The notes below the pieces were generated by a model. The model saw nothing but the letters and a program-made list of their open reading frames with translations, did not search any database and was not told the DNA's origin. Positions 26,920 through 36,146 of a stretch of 38,155 nt of DNA are shown piece after piece. The DNA is from an uncultured Helicobacter sp. (lineage in GTDB: Bacteria > Campylobacterota > Campylobacteria > Campylobacterales > Arcobacteraceae). Within the stretch, counting starts at the first letter, position 1. Each line of letters begins with the position of its first letter. The stretch is from the NCBI GenBank assembly GCA_964533335.1, contig CAZHJR010000007.1, forward strand, positions 1 to 38,155, given 5' to 3'. The position numbers and the translations under genes are program-made.

Positions 26920-27495
26920 TTACTTCGTTAATAAAAAGTGTTTTATCATATTTGAAAGGGGCAAAATACGACTTTTTTCATCAATTCTTGATATTGTTTC
27001 TTTTGCTTTTTTATATTCTTTTTTCTCAATTAAAATAAGTGTTTTACTTAATATTGCAAAATCTTTCAGTAAAAAGTCTTGATTCATAATCATCCCGTCT
27101 AAAGCAACTAAATCACTTTTTGCAACGGCACTATTGTAAGCTGCGATATCCTTTACAAATTGTGCATTTGTAGCTATTGTTTTATCTTTTGAGATTTGGA
27201 ATAATGCAATATTATAAAGCTCTTCATTTGCATTTTTTAACTCATCTAAGCTTGCTTTATCATTGTTATCTACCATCACTTTTGAATAAGCATTATTTGC
27301 TGCTATTGTATTGTTTTCATTTATATAATTTACTATAACTAGCCCAATAGCCCCTACAATCACCAATATAGAGGTTACTAAAATTGTTTTTTTATACTTT
27401 CTGTAAAATTTTTCGACTTTAAAAAAATTTTCAAAAAACTGTTCTTCTGTAGAAATTTCATCTTTGATATACGATACATTTTCTTTTAAACTCAT
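26920..27495 (-). CDS. YfgM-like membrane-anchored TPR-like protein
   Basis: 191 aa. Cytoplasmic N-terminus (..EEQFFENFFKVEKFYRKYKK), one TM (ILVTSILVIVGAIGLVIV) and a helical periplasmic domain, the same architecture and N-terminal pattern as E. coli YfgM. Confidence 0.5.
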   Translation of the reverse strand: MSLKENVSYIKDEISTEEQFFENFFKVEKFYRKYKKTILVTSILVIVGAIGLVIVNYINENNTIAANNAYSKVMVDNNDKASLDELKNANEELYNIALFQISKDKTIATNAQFVKDIAAYNSAVAKSDLVALDGMIMNQDFLLKDFAILSKTLILIEKKEYKKAKETISRIDEKSRILPLSNMIKHFLLTK

Positions 27496-27573
27496 TGCAT
27501 TACCTTATTCTATGTTAATTTTAAGGTAGATATTCTACTACAAAGATTATAAAATATTACTTTTATACTATTT

Positions 27574-27583
27574 TGGCTAAAAT
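27574..27583 (+). promoter_or_regulatory. putative -10 promoter (TGgcTAAAAT) for ctpA
   Basis: Lies about 30 nt upstream of the GTG 27614 start. Prediction only. Confidence 0.35.
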
Positions 27584-27613
27584 CCACTCCTAAAAAAGAG
27601 ATAAAGGTTACAA

Positions 27614-28966
27614 GTGAAAATGGATAGAATTATATTTTTAATACTTTTTATAGTGTTTGGTTTTATGTTCGGAATTGATCAAAAAACAACTATTCCAGCT
27701 GATACCAATACGACAGAAAATAACAAGCAACCCACTAGACTAGAATCGTTTGCAAAACTCCAAACTGTTATCTCTGCTGTTGAAAATTATTATGTTGATG
27801 ATGTAAAACTAGATGAAATTGTAGATAAAGCGATTGCTGGTCTTCTTAGTGAGCTCGATGCACATAGTGCTTATATGAATAAAAAATCTTATAAAGAGAT
27901 GCAAATAAGTATGGATGGTGAATTTGGTGGACTTGGAATTGTTATTGGGATGAGAGATGGTGCTTTAACGATTATCTCCCCAATAGATGATACACCTGCT
28001 CAAAAAGCTGGGGTACAAGCTGGTGATATCATCTTGAAAATTGGAGATAAATCAACTCTTAAAATGACTATTGATGAAGCAGTAGCACTTATGAGGGGTG
28101 AAGTTGGAACACCAGTGGATATCACAATAGTACGAAAAGGGGAATCAGCACCTATCAATATCCATATTGTAAGAGGTATGATTAAAGTCAAATCAGTTCA
28201 TGCAAAAACATATAATGACACTATTTTGTACCTTAGAATCACTCAATTTGACAACCATGTAGCAGAATTATTATCAAAATATATTATTGAGCATAAAGCG
28301 GCAACAAAAGGGATTATTTTAGATTTAAGAAATAACCCAGGAGGCTCTTTAGAACAATCGATTAAAACTGTCGATATGTTTGTAGATGATGGAGTTATTG
28401 TTTCACAAAAGGGGAGAACTCCATCAGAAAACAGTACTTTTAATGCCACAAAAAAAGGGACACTTACAAAAGTCCCTTTAGTTGTCCTTGTCAATGGAGG
28501 AAGTGCAAGTGCGAGCGAGATAGTAAGTGGATCATTGCAAGATTTTAAAAGAGCGATTATTGTAGGAGAGGAGACTTTTGGAAAAGGTTCAGTTCAAATG
28601 CTTATGCCAATCACTTTAGATAAAAGTGAGGCTATTAAACTTACAATCGCGAAATACTATCTTCCAAGTGGAAGAACTATTCAAGCTGTTGGGGTAAAAC
28701 CAGATATCAAAGTAGCATTTGGGAAAATTCCAACATCTGAAAAAGATAAATTTGCTATCAAAGAGAAAGATCTTAAAAAACATCTGGAACTTGAACTCAA
28801 AAAAGTTGATAATAGTGAAACAAAAAATCAAAAAGAGTCAATTGAAGAAGATGAGACAATGATGGATGAGAAAAAAACAATTATCAATGATGATGATTTA
28901 GCTAAAGACAATCAGCTTAAATCAGCGATGGATATATTAAAATCATTAATCATTTTAGAAAAATAA
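27614..28966 (+). CDS. ctpA: carboxy-terminal processing protease (S41 family)
   Basis: 450 aa. Signal/TM, PDZ domain (GVQAGDIILKIGD), S41 catalytic region (LDLRNNPGGSL, VNGGSASASEIVSGSLQD, GKGSVQ). GTG start lies 6 nt after an AAAGG SD. Confidence 0.9.
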   Translation: MKMDRIIFLILFIVFGFMFGIDQKTTIPADTNTTENNKQPTRLESFAKLQTVISAVENYYVDDVKLDEIVDKAIAGLLSELDAHSAYMNKKSYKEMQISMDGEFGGLGIVIGMRDGALTIISPIDDTPAQKAGVQAGDIILKIGDKSTLKMTIDEAVALMRGEVGTPVDITIVRKGESAPINIHIVRGMIKVKSVHAKTYNDTILYLRITQFDNHVAELLSKYIIEHKAATKGIILDLRNNPGGSLEQSIKTVDMFVDDGVIVSQKGRTPSENSTFNATKKGTLTKVPLVVLVNGGSASASEIVSGSLQDFKRAIIVGEETFGKGSVQMLMPITLDKSEAIKLTIAKYYLPSGRTIQAVGVKPDIKVAFGKIPTSEKDKFAIKEKDLKKHLELELKKVDNSETKNQKESIEEDETMMDEKKTIINDDDLAKDNQLKSAMDILKSLIILEK

Positions 28967-28990
28967 TTAAACAATAAACGGGAGGAAAAA

Positions 28991-29704
28991 ATGGAAAAAA
29001 CTGAGTTGTTATACGAAGGTAAAGCGAAAAAAATTTGGAAAACGAGTGATGAGAATCTTTTGATTTCAGAATTTAAAGATGATTTAACTGCATTCAATGG
29101 CGAAATGAAATCTAGTGAAACAGGAAAAGGTGCATTAAACAATAAAATCTCAACAGAATTATTTAAAATGCTATCAGACAATGGTATTCAAACTCACTTT
29201 GTAAAAATGCTTGATGATAATCATATGCTTCATAAAGCTTGTGATGTTATCTTAATAGAGGTGATTGTACGAAATATCGCTACAGGAAGTTTGTCAAAAA
29301 ATTTAGGTATTGAAGATGGAACTGTTTTACCATTTACATTAGTTGAATTTGATTATAAAAATGATGCCTTAGGTGATCCTAAATTAAATGACCAACATGC
29401 ACTTATTTTAGGGCTTGTTGAGTTCCAAGATGAACTTGACAAACTAAGAAGAATGGCTAGACAAATTAATGATATTTTAAGACCATACTTTTTTGAAAAA
29501 GGTTTAAAATTAGTTGATTTTAAGCTTGAATTTGGAAAAGATAAATCTGGAAATATTATCTTAATTGATGAAATTAGTCCTGATAACTGTCGATTTTGGG
29601 ATGTTGAATCTGGAGAATCTTTAGATAAAGATAGATTTAGAAAAGGGAAAGGTGGGCTGAAAGTAGCTTATGAAAATGTTCTCAATAGGATTCTAACTAA
29701 ATAA
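28991..29704 (+). CDS. purC: phosphoribosylaminoimidazole-succinocarboxamide (SAICAR) synthase
   Basis: 237 aa. [32 protein letters not shown] and [12 protein letters not shown] are canonical PurC. Confidence 0.95.
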   Translation: MEKTELLYEGKAKKIWKTSDENLLISEFKDDLTAFNGEMKSSETGKGALNNKISTELFKMLSDNGIQTHFVKMLDDNHMLHKACDVILIEVIVRNIATGSLSKNLGIEDGTVLPFTLVEFDYKNDALGDPKLNDQHALILGLVEFQDELDKLRRMARQINDILRPYFFEKGLKLVDFKLEFGKDKSGNIILIDEISPDNCRFWDVESGESLDKDRFRKGKGGLKVAYENVLNRILTK

Positions 29705-29714
29705 TCTCGAACTC

Positions 29715-29745
29715 TAGGATTTAGTATAAATTATATTAAATCCTA
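29715..29745 (+). terminator. AT-rich 14-bp hairpin after purC (possible terminator)
   Basis: taggatttagtata (29715-29728) pairs with tatattaaatccta (29732-29745), with one G-U pair and a 3-nt loop. A moderately T-rich tail follows. Confidence 0.35.
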
Positions 29746-29822
29746 ATTCTATTATTACACATTCTGCATAAAAAAATTTCATTATTTACCTACTACTTAA
29801 CAAACCATTAAGCTCTCTAAAG

Positions 29823-29828
29823 TATAAT
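29823..29828 (+). promoter_or_regulatory. putative -10 box (TATAAT) for the REC-PAS-EAL gene
   Basis: Perfect TATAAT about 74 nt upstream of ATG 29903. Prediction only. Confidence 0.35.
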
Positions 29829-29902
29829 CGCTCTTTTAGTTTGATTATAAGTTTTTGTTATTACAAAAAAGTTACATTTATTTTAATAAGTAGAGGGTGA
29901 TT

Positions 29903-31897
29903 ATGAATAATTTTCAAGAGATTGTTAAAGTGTCAAAAAATTTAACACTTCTTTATGTTGAAGATAACGAAGAGGTAAAAAAGGCAACTCTTTACTTTTT
30001 AGAAGAGTTTTTTGATAATATCATCCTTGCAAAAGATGGAACAGATGGATTTACAACATTTTACAATGCCAATATCAATAATAAGAGTTCAAGCAAAATT
30101 GACTTAATCTTAACAGATATTAATATGCCAAATGAAAATGGACTCAGTATGGCAAAGCGAATACGAGAACTTGATGAGAATATCCCTATTTTAATCCTAT
30201 CAGCCTATAGTGATACAAAATACTTTTTAGAAAGTATCTCACTTAGTATAGATGGTTATATTTTAAAACCGATTGAAATGACTCAATTTATCAAAGTTCT
30301 CAAAAAAGTTCTCACAAAAATAAATAATGAAATAAATCTAAGAAATAATTTCAATCTTCTTCAACAATATCAAAATCTTACAGACAAAAGTTCTATTATT
30401 TCCAAAACAGACAAATTTGGAATTATTACATATGCAAACGATGAATTTTGCAAAGTTTCAAAATATTCAAAAGAAGAGTTACTAGGGAAAAGTCATAAAA
30501 TCGTACGACATCCTGATAATCCAAGTTCACTCTATGCAGAAATGTGGGATACAATCAAAAATAAAAAACAGATGTGGCGAGGGGTTATTCGAAATCTTAC
30601 AAAAGATAATGTAAGCTACTATGTAGATGCAATCATTACCCCTATTTTAGATATCGATAATGAGATTATCGAATATATAGCACTTAGAAATGATATTACA
30701 GAGGTTATGAATCCAAAAAGGCAACTCAAAGATGCTATTTTTAATTCACAACAACCCCTTGTTGTTATTTTAAAAATTCAAAATTATGAAAATATAGAAA
30801 ATTTTTTTGGGAAAGGTATGATTGAAGAGATAGATGAAAGATTTTCGAAAATGATTCTCAAACAAGTACCACAAGAGTGCAATTTTGACATTGTCTACAG
30901 TTTAGATAATGGAAATTATGCCCTTACAAAAGATTTAAAGAATTGTACAAAAACAATAGATGAAATTATAGAAAATCTAAAATTATTCCAACAAAGATTA
31001 AATGAAACAAAAATTGATTTAGGCGATATTGACTACGACATTAGCACTATTTTGAGTATTTCATACACTGGTAATGTATATGAGAATGCAAAATTGGGTA
31101 TTAGAGAACTTCGAAGTTCAAAACAAAAATTTATTATTGCAAATCACTTAAGTGAAAGTAAATATGAATCTGCAAAAAAAAATATCACAACACTTACAAA
31201 AGTAAAAAAAGCAATTGAAGATTATAGAATCATCTCTTATTTTCAACCAATTGTTAATAACAAAACAGAACAAATTGATAAATATGAATCACTTGTCAGA
31301 CTTGTAGATGAAAATGGTGATATTTTAACTCCATTTTTCTTTTTAGATATCGCAAAAGAGGGGCAATACTACAGTGATATCACAGCTATAGTTTTAAGAA
31401 ATTCATTCAATGCTTTAAAAAGTACACAAATGAATATCTCTATTAACTTATCAGCACTTGATATCGAAAAAGCTTCAACAAGAGAAGAGCTCTATAAACT
31501 CCTAGATGAATACAAAGAAGATGCATCTAGGGTTGTATTTGAACTTTTAGAGGATGAAAATGTTCATGAAATGGAAATTATAAAAGAATTTATTAAAAAA
31601 GTTAAAAGTATGGGGGTAAAGATAGCAATTGATGATTTTGGTGCGGGGTATTCAAATTTCGAAAGACTTTTGGAGTATCAACCAGATATTTTAAAAATTG
31701 ATGGAAGCTTAATTAAAAATATTGAAACAAGTGACTACTCCTTAGCCGTTGTCAAAACAATTGTCACTTTTGCAAAAAGTCAAAATATACAAACAATAGC
31801 AGAATATGCGGAAAATAAAGAGATATTTGAAATTTTAAAATCTTTAGATGTTGATTATTCACAAGGATATTATTTTGGGAAACCACTCCCCTTATAA
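29903..31897 (+). CDS. response-regulator receiver / PAS / degenerate GGDEF / EAL protein (putative c-di-GMP phosphodiesterase)
   Basis: REC (YVEDNEE, ILTDINMP, DGYILKP). PAS (..ITYANDEFCKVS..MWRGVIRNLTKDN..). GGDEF position reads SLDNGNYAL (30905-30919). EAL domain with ESLVRL (31286-31294), DDFGAGYSN, KIDGS, QGYYFGKP. ATG 29903 lies 5 nt after an AGAGGG SD. Confidence 0.88.
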   Translation: MNNFQEIVKVSKNLTLLYVEDNEEVKKATLYFLEEFFDNIILAKDGTDGFTTFYNANINNKSSSKIDLILTDINMPNENGLSMAKRIRELDENIPILILSAYSDTKYFLESISLSIDGYILKPIEMTQFIKVLKKVLTKINNEINLRNNFNLLQQYQNLTDKSSIISKTDKFGIITYANDEFCKVSKYSKEELLGKSHKIVRHPDNPSSLYAEMWDTIKNKKQMWRGVIRNLTKDNVSYYVDAIITPILDIDNEIIEYIALRNDITEVMNPKRQLKDAIFNSQQPLVVILKIQNYENIENFFGKGMIEEIDERFSKMILKQVPQECNFDIVYSLDNGNYALTKDLKNCTKTIDEIIENLKLFQQRLNETKIDLGDIDYDISTILSISYTGNVYENAKLGIRELRSSKQKFIIANHLSESKYESAKKNITTLTKVKKAIEDYRIISYFQPIVNNKTEQIDKYESLVRLVDENGDILTPFFFLDIAKEGQYYSDITAIVLRNSFNALKSTQMNISINLSALDIEKASTREELYKLLDEYKEDASRVVFELLEDENVHEMEIIKEFIKKVKSMGVKIAIDDFGAGYSNFERLLEYQPDILKIDGSLIKNIETSDYSLAVVKTIVTFAKSQNIQTIAEYAENKEIFEILKSLDVDYSQGYYFGKPLPL

Positions 31898-31940
31898 TAA
31901 AAAATAAAAAAATCAAGCAAGATTATAAGTCAATTTTAGA

Positions 31941-31946
31941 TAAAAT
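31941..31946 (+). promoter_or_regulatory. putative -10 box (TAAAAT) for purS-purQ
   Basis: tagaTAAAATcca lies about 35 nt upstream of the purS ATG. Prediction only. Confidence 0.35.
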
Positions 31947-31981
31947 CCAAAAATATTGAATTAAATAAATAGAGGTAAAAA

Positions 31982-32227
31982 ATGAAAGCGATTGTAAATA
32001 TTGGACTTAAAAAAGGTGTACTTGACTCTCAAGGAAAAGCAACTCATCATACTCTTGATACTTTAGGTTTTGCTAGCTTAGTAAAAGATGTTAGAGTTGG
32101 AAAACAAGTTATACTTGAACTAAATACAAATGATGAAAATGAAGCACGAGAAACTGTTGCAAAAATGTGTAAAGATTTGTTAGCAAACACTGTAATCGAA
32201 GATTATGAAATCACTTTAGAGGCTTAA
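31982..32227 (+). CDS. purS: phosphoribosylformylglycinamidine synthase subunit PurS
   Basis: 81 aa. ..LKKGVLDSQGKA....L..LGF is typical of PurS. Immediately upstream of purQ. Confidence 0.9.
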   Translation: MKAIVNIGLKKGVLDSQGKATHHTLDTLGFASLVKDVRVGKQVILELNTNDENEARETVAKMCKDLLANTVIEDYEITLEA

Positions 32228-32230
32228 AAG

Positions 32231-32902
32231 ATGCATGTAGTAGTTTTACAATTTCCAGGCACTAACTGTGAATACGATACAAAATATGCTTTTGAAAAAT
32301 TAGGTGCGAAAGTTACAATTGTTTGGCACGAAGAGACATCTATTCCAGCTGATACAAAACTTATTGTACTTCCAGGTGGGTTTTCTTATGGAGATTATTT
32401 AAGAAGTGGTGCTTTAGCAAAACATGCTCCTATTATGGATGCAGTAAAAGCTTATGCTGCAAATGGTGGATATGTACTTGGAATCTGCAATGGTTTTCAA
32501 ATTTTAACAGAAACAGAACTTCTTCCAGGTGCTTTAAAACGAAACGATAATCTTCACTTTATCTCAAAACATCACCATATTAAAGTTGTAAATAATGAGA
32601 ATAAATTTCTGCAAGAACTTCAAGTTGGAGATGTTTTAAATATCCCTGTTGCTCATCATGATGGAAATTTTTATATTGATGAAGCTGGTCTAACTGAGTT
32701 AAAACAAAATGGGCAAGTTTTACTTCAATATTGTGATAAAGATGGGGTTAATCAAATACTTAATGGAAGTATTGAACAAATAGCTGGAATTTGTAATAAA
32801 AATAAAAATGTATTTGGTCTTATGCCTCATCCTGAACGAGCTATGGAGATGCTGCTTGGTTGTGATGATGGAGTCAAAATGTTAATGGGTTTCTTAAAGT
32901 AA
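32231..32902 (+). CDS. purQ: phosphoribosylformylglycinamidine synthase glutaminase subunit PurQ
   Basis: 223 aa. FPGTNCEYD, LPGGFSYGDYLR, catalytic GICNGFQ and the MPHPER end. Confidence 0.95.
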   Translation: MHVVVLQFPGTNCEYDTKYAFEKLGAKVTIVWHEETSIPADTKLIVLPGGFSYGDYLRSGALAKHAPIMDAVKAYAANGGYVLGICNGFQILTETELLPGALKRNDNLHFISKHHHIKVVNNENKFLQELQVGDVLNIPVAHHDGNFYIDEAGLTELKQNGQVLLQYCDKDGVNQILNGSIEQIAGICNKNKNVFGLMPHPERAMEMLLGCDDGVKMLMGFLK

Positions 32903-32911
32903 TTCTATCAC

Positions 32912-34012
32912 ATGACACATTATCTCAAACTCATTGTTAGTTTTTTCATTCTTTTTTCTCAAACCTTACTTTTTGCAGTAGAAGATATTCAACCATCTCC
33001 TACTGATTCTGCTTCAAAAATTTTATATGCTAAATACACCTCATATCCAACAACAGTTTATACGAGAGAAAAATTTAGTGTCAAAATAGAAGCAACTATT
33101 TTACTCCCTGATGATAAAGAATTTTCACTTTTTACTGATATTCCAGATAGTGATAATCTTAAAAAACAAACAGAAGAGATCACTTGGTATAAAAAAGACA
33201 ATTCTAAATATGAGGCTACTTTAACTTTCAAAGCAAAGGATGAGCCTTTTGTTTTCCCTATTATTGGACTTTCTATTTTAGATGCAAATAACACTATGCT
33301 TGACAAAAGTTTATTGATTATTGATAATATTGCATTCAATAAACTTCCAATAAACAAAGATTTATATGCAAATATTTCAGCATCAAATCTAAATATTCAA
33401 AATCTTAAAGTAAAGCAATACAATAACGATGAGATTCTTTGTTCTATGGAGATTCATGCTAAAAATAGTAATCTTGAAGATTTTAAAATCCCACACTACA
33501 CAAATCAAGGAAGAAAAGAGCTAATTAGAAAAAATGGTGAGCAAATCTTATACTATTTTGTCATTCTTCCTCGCGAAACACCTAGTATTCAATTTGAGTA
33601 TTTTGACAAAGCGACACAATCACTTGCAACTTTAGAAACCCCAATTGTACTCGAAGAGGATTTAGTAAGCACTCAAACAGACCTCAATCCAAATCAGGGT
33701 AATATGGGATTCTTTAAAAAAGTATTTTTTGCCTTTATGGTAACAATTTTTGCGATGGTTTATTACTACAAAAGGTATAAGTTTGCACTTTTTATTACCC
33801 TTTTGTCAGCAATTATTTTAATCAATATGATGCTTCCAAACTCTCATATGACACTAAAAAAAGAGCAAAAAGTCTATATTTTACCAACCCTAAACTCTAC
33901 TATATTTAAGGTCATTAAAGAGGAGGAAGATGTTGAAGTGCTTATGGAGAAAAATGGATTTACAAAAATACTCTTCAAAAATAATCATATAGGTTGGGTC
34001 AAAAATGACTAA
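32912..34012 (+). CDS. membrane protein: signal peptide, beta-rich periplasmic region, two TM helices, C-terminal SH3b-like domain
   Basis: 366 aa. TM pair FFKKVFFAFMVTIFAMVYYY / FALFITLLSAIILINMML with a KRYK loop. The tail ..VYILPTLNSTIFKVIKEEEDVEVLMEKNGFTKILFKNNHIGWVKND looks like bacterial SH3. Overlaps the plsC start by 8 nt. Confidence 0.55.
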   Translation: MTHYLKLIVSFFILFSQTLLFAVEDIQPSPTDSASKILYAKYTSYPTTVYTREKFSVKIEATILLPDDKEFSLFTDIPDSDNLKKQTEEITWYKKDNSKYEATLTFKAKDEPFVFPIIGLSILDANNTMLDKSLLIIDNIAFNKLPINKDLYANISASNLNIQNLKVKQYNNDEILCSMEIHAKNSNLEDFKIPHYTNQGRKELIRKNGEQILYYFVILPRETPSIQFEYFDKATQSLATLETPIVLEEDLVSTQTDLNPNQGNMGFFKKVFFAFMVTIFAMVYYYKRYKFALFITLLSAIILINMMLPNSHMTLKKEQKVYILPTLNSTIFKVIKEEEDVEVLMEKNGFTKILFKNNHIGWVKND

Positions 34013-34682
34013 AATTCGAGGAATTTTAGTCCTAATACAGTTTGCATTTACCGTTTCGATTACAATTATTTTGATGTATATTTTTAGACAAAAAAATAGA
34101 ATCGTGAGAAAAACTTGGGCTCAATTGCAACTCAAACTTATGGGTGTCAATTTAATTGAAGAGGGGCATTATAACCATGATGCAGATATGCTCATTTTCA
34201 ACCATCAATCGATGATGGATATTATACTTTTTGAAGCGATTGCCTCAAGAGATATTACTTGGATTGCCAAAAAAGAGATTGGCGATATCCCTTGGTTTGG
34301 GCATATTTTAAAAGCTCCAAAGATGATAATGGTTGAGAGGGAGAGTAAAAAAAGCCTTATTGCCCTTTTAAAAGATGCAAAAGAAAGACTTGATGATAAT
34401 AGACAACTTTGCATCTTTCCAGAAGGAACTAGAACAGATGGAAAAAATCTTCGAAAATTTAAAGCAGGGGCTAAAGTAATAGCAGAAAAATATAACCTTA
34501 CTGTACAGCCAATTGTAATCATAGGCTCAATCGATGTCTTTGATTCTAAAAGAGCAACACAAAAAAGTGGGGATATCAAGGTAGTCTATCTTCCTACAAT
34601 AAAAGCAAATAAAGAAACAGCTTGGTATGAAGAAGCGGAAACAAAAATGGGTGAAATACTCAAAAAAAATATTGTGGAGTAA
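34005..34682 (+). CDS. plsC: 1-acyl-sn-glycerol-3-phosphate acyltransferase
   Basis: 225 aa. N-terminal TM, acyltransferase motifs FNHQSMMD (NHxxxxD) and IFPEGTRT. Confidence 0.88.
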   Translation: MTKIRGILVLIQFAFTVSITIILMYIFRQKNRIVRKTWAQLQLKLMGVNLIEEGHYNHDADMLIFNHQSMMDIILFEAIASRDITWIAKKEIGDIPWFGHILKAPKMIMVERESKKSLIALLKDAKERLDDNRQLCIFPEGTRTDGKNLRKFKAGAKVIAEKYNLTVQPIVIIGSIDVFDSKRATQKSGDIKVVYLPTIKANKETAWYEEAETKMGEILKKNIVE

Positions 34683-34685
34683 TTG

Positions 34686-35588
34686 ATGAATGAGCTAAAT
34701 CAGGTAAAAGAGCAAATAAAAAAATATGTTGTAGAGATATCTGACCAAAAAAGTTTAGAACTTTTAGAGATGCTTCCAAGCGGTAAAATGCTACGAAGTA
34801 AACTCATTTTAAAAATTGCTGGCATTAGCGAAGATTCTATAAAACTTTGTGCAGTTGTTGAGATGATTCATGCTGCATCACTCCTTCACGATGATGTTAT
34901 TGATGATGCAACTACTAGAAGGGGTCAAAAAACTATCAATGCACTTTTTGGTAATCTTACTTCGATAATGTTTGGGGATATACTTTATTCTAAAGCTTTT
35001 ACAGAACTTACAATGATGGATAAAGAGATAGCTTATACTATTTCAAATGCTGTAACTCTTCTTAGTGTAGGTGAACTACTTGATGTTGAATTATCAAAAA
35101 CTTTTAATACCTCTTATGATAAATACATTGATATGATATATAAAAAAACTGCTTCGCTAATAGAAGCGAGTGCAGCAAGTGCAGCTATTTTAGCTTCAAA
35201 AAATAAAGAAAACTTTGCATCGTATGGGAGAAATCTTGGAATTGCATTTCAAATGGTAGATGATATCTTAGATATTACAGAAGATAGTATAAAACTTGGA
35301 AAGCCTGCGATGCTTGATTTTGTCGAAGGGAAAGTTACTATTCCATATCTTCTTACTTGGGAAAAGTTAGGAGATGAAGAAAAAAGCAAACTCGAATCTT
35401 TCTATAAAAAAGAGCTAACACAAACAGAATCTCTTTGGTTAAAAGAACAATTCACTGCAACAAATGCTATTAGTGACAGTATCAATTTAGCAAAAGAATT
35501 TGGAAATCTAGCTATTGAAGCAATTTCAAATGAAAATAACAATGATTTAGTATTGATTATGAAAGCGATGATAGAACGAGACTTCTAG
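34686..35588 (+). CDS. ispB: polyprenyl diphosphate synthase (IspB-like, long-chain trans-prenyltransferase)
   Basis: 300 aa. First and second Asp-rich motifs LLHDDVIDD and FQMVDDILD. Product chain length cannot be read from sequence. Confidence 0.8.
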   Translation: MNELNQVKEQIKKYVVEISDQKSLELLEMLPSGKMLRSKLILKIAGISEDSIKLCAVVEMIHAASLLHDDVIDDATTRRGQKTINALFGNLTSIMFGDILYSKAFTELTMMDKEIAYTISNAVTLLSVGELLDVELSKTFNTSYDKYIDMIYKKTASLIEASAASAAILASKNKENFASYGRNLGIAFQMVDDILDITEDSIKLGKPAMLDFVEGKVTIPYLLTWEKLGDEEKSKLESFYKKELTQTESLWLKEQFTATNAISDSINLAKEFGNLAIEAISNENNNDLVLIMKAMIERDF

Positions 35589-35612
35589 CACTCTCTTCCT
35601 ATTTTTGAGCTT

Positions 35613-36107
35613 TTATAGCCCTATTTTCTCTACCAAAGTATCGTTATCTTGGACAAACCTCTCGCATTGCTGACTACTTAGTGTGGTGCATATCTCTTCC
35701 CATTTTTTGGTATGTCCACCGTTTTCTTGTGAAAAATTTCCAAAAAAGAACATTAAAGCATGTGCATATTCATGTGGCAAAACGGTATCTATCATATACT
35801 GTTCATTCTCTTTAAATCTATTTTTATTCAAAGTGATAAAAATATTCCCTTTTTTATCAATTGCGGCAAACCCAAATAAACTATTTGAAATAGTATCACT
35901 AATATAGATAGGAATATTTACTTTAATACCATATTTTTCAAATACAATCTTTTTGAGTTCTAGATTTTTATCTTCAATTTTTCTGACAATCTCTTGTGGA
36001 AGTGGATTGTTAAAAAATTTATTTTTCTCATTTGTAATATAAAACAATCCAATAACAGCAAAGAGTGTAATAAAAAAAAATCCCCTAACATAAGGTGAGG
36101 AGTTCAT
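35613..36107 (-). CDS. membrane-anchored SprT-like zinc metallopeptidase-motif protein
   Basis: 164 aa. N-terminal TM (FFFITLFAVIGLFYI), HEYAH (HExxH) followed by GGHTKKWEEIC, resembling SprT-like domains (HE..H....GH...W). Confidence 0.5.
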   Translation of the reverse strand: MNSSPYVRGFFFITLFAVIGLFYITNEKNKFFNNPLPQEIVRKIEDKNLELKKIVFEKYGIKVNIPIYISDTISNSLFGFAAIDKKGNIFITLNKNRFKENEQYMIDTVLPHEYAHALMFFFGNFSQENGGHTKKWEEICTTLSSQQCERFVQDNDTLVEKIGL

Positions 36108-36146
36108 TTAGAACATTCTCCACTACCGATTTTATCCACTTTTTCT

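Noticed and set aside
27578-27600. TAAAATCCAC(C)TCC(T)AAAAAA shared by the rpsF and ctpA upstream regions as a dedicated transcription-factor operator
   Set aside because: There are only two good copies, and the conserved part coincides with the -10 hexamer plus the start-site region. It is more simply explained as a promoter/initial-transcribed-region consensus. It is retained only as a low-interest note under the rpsF leader.
28912-29181. 89-aa minus-strand ORF spanning the ctpA-purC junction
   Set aside because: It overlaps the ends of two confidently identified + strand genes and the purC SD, and it has no motif content.
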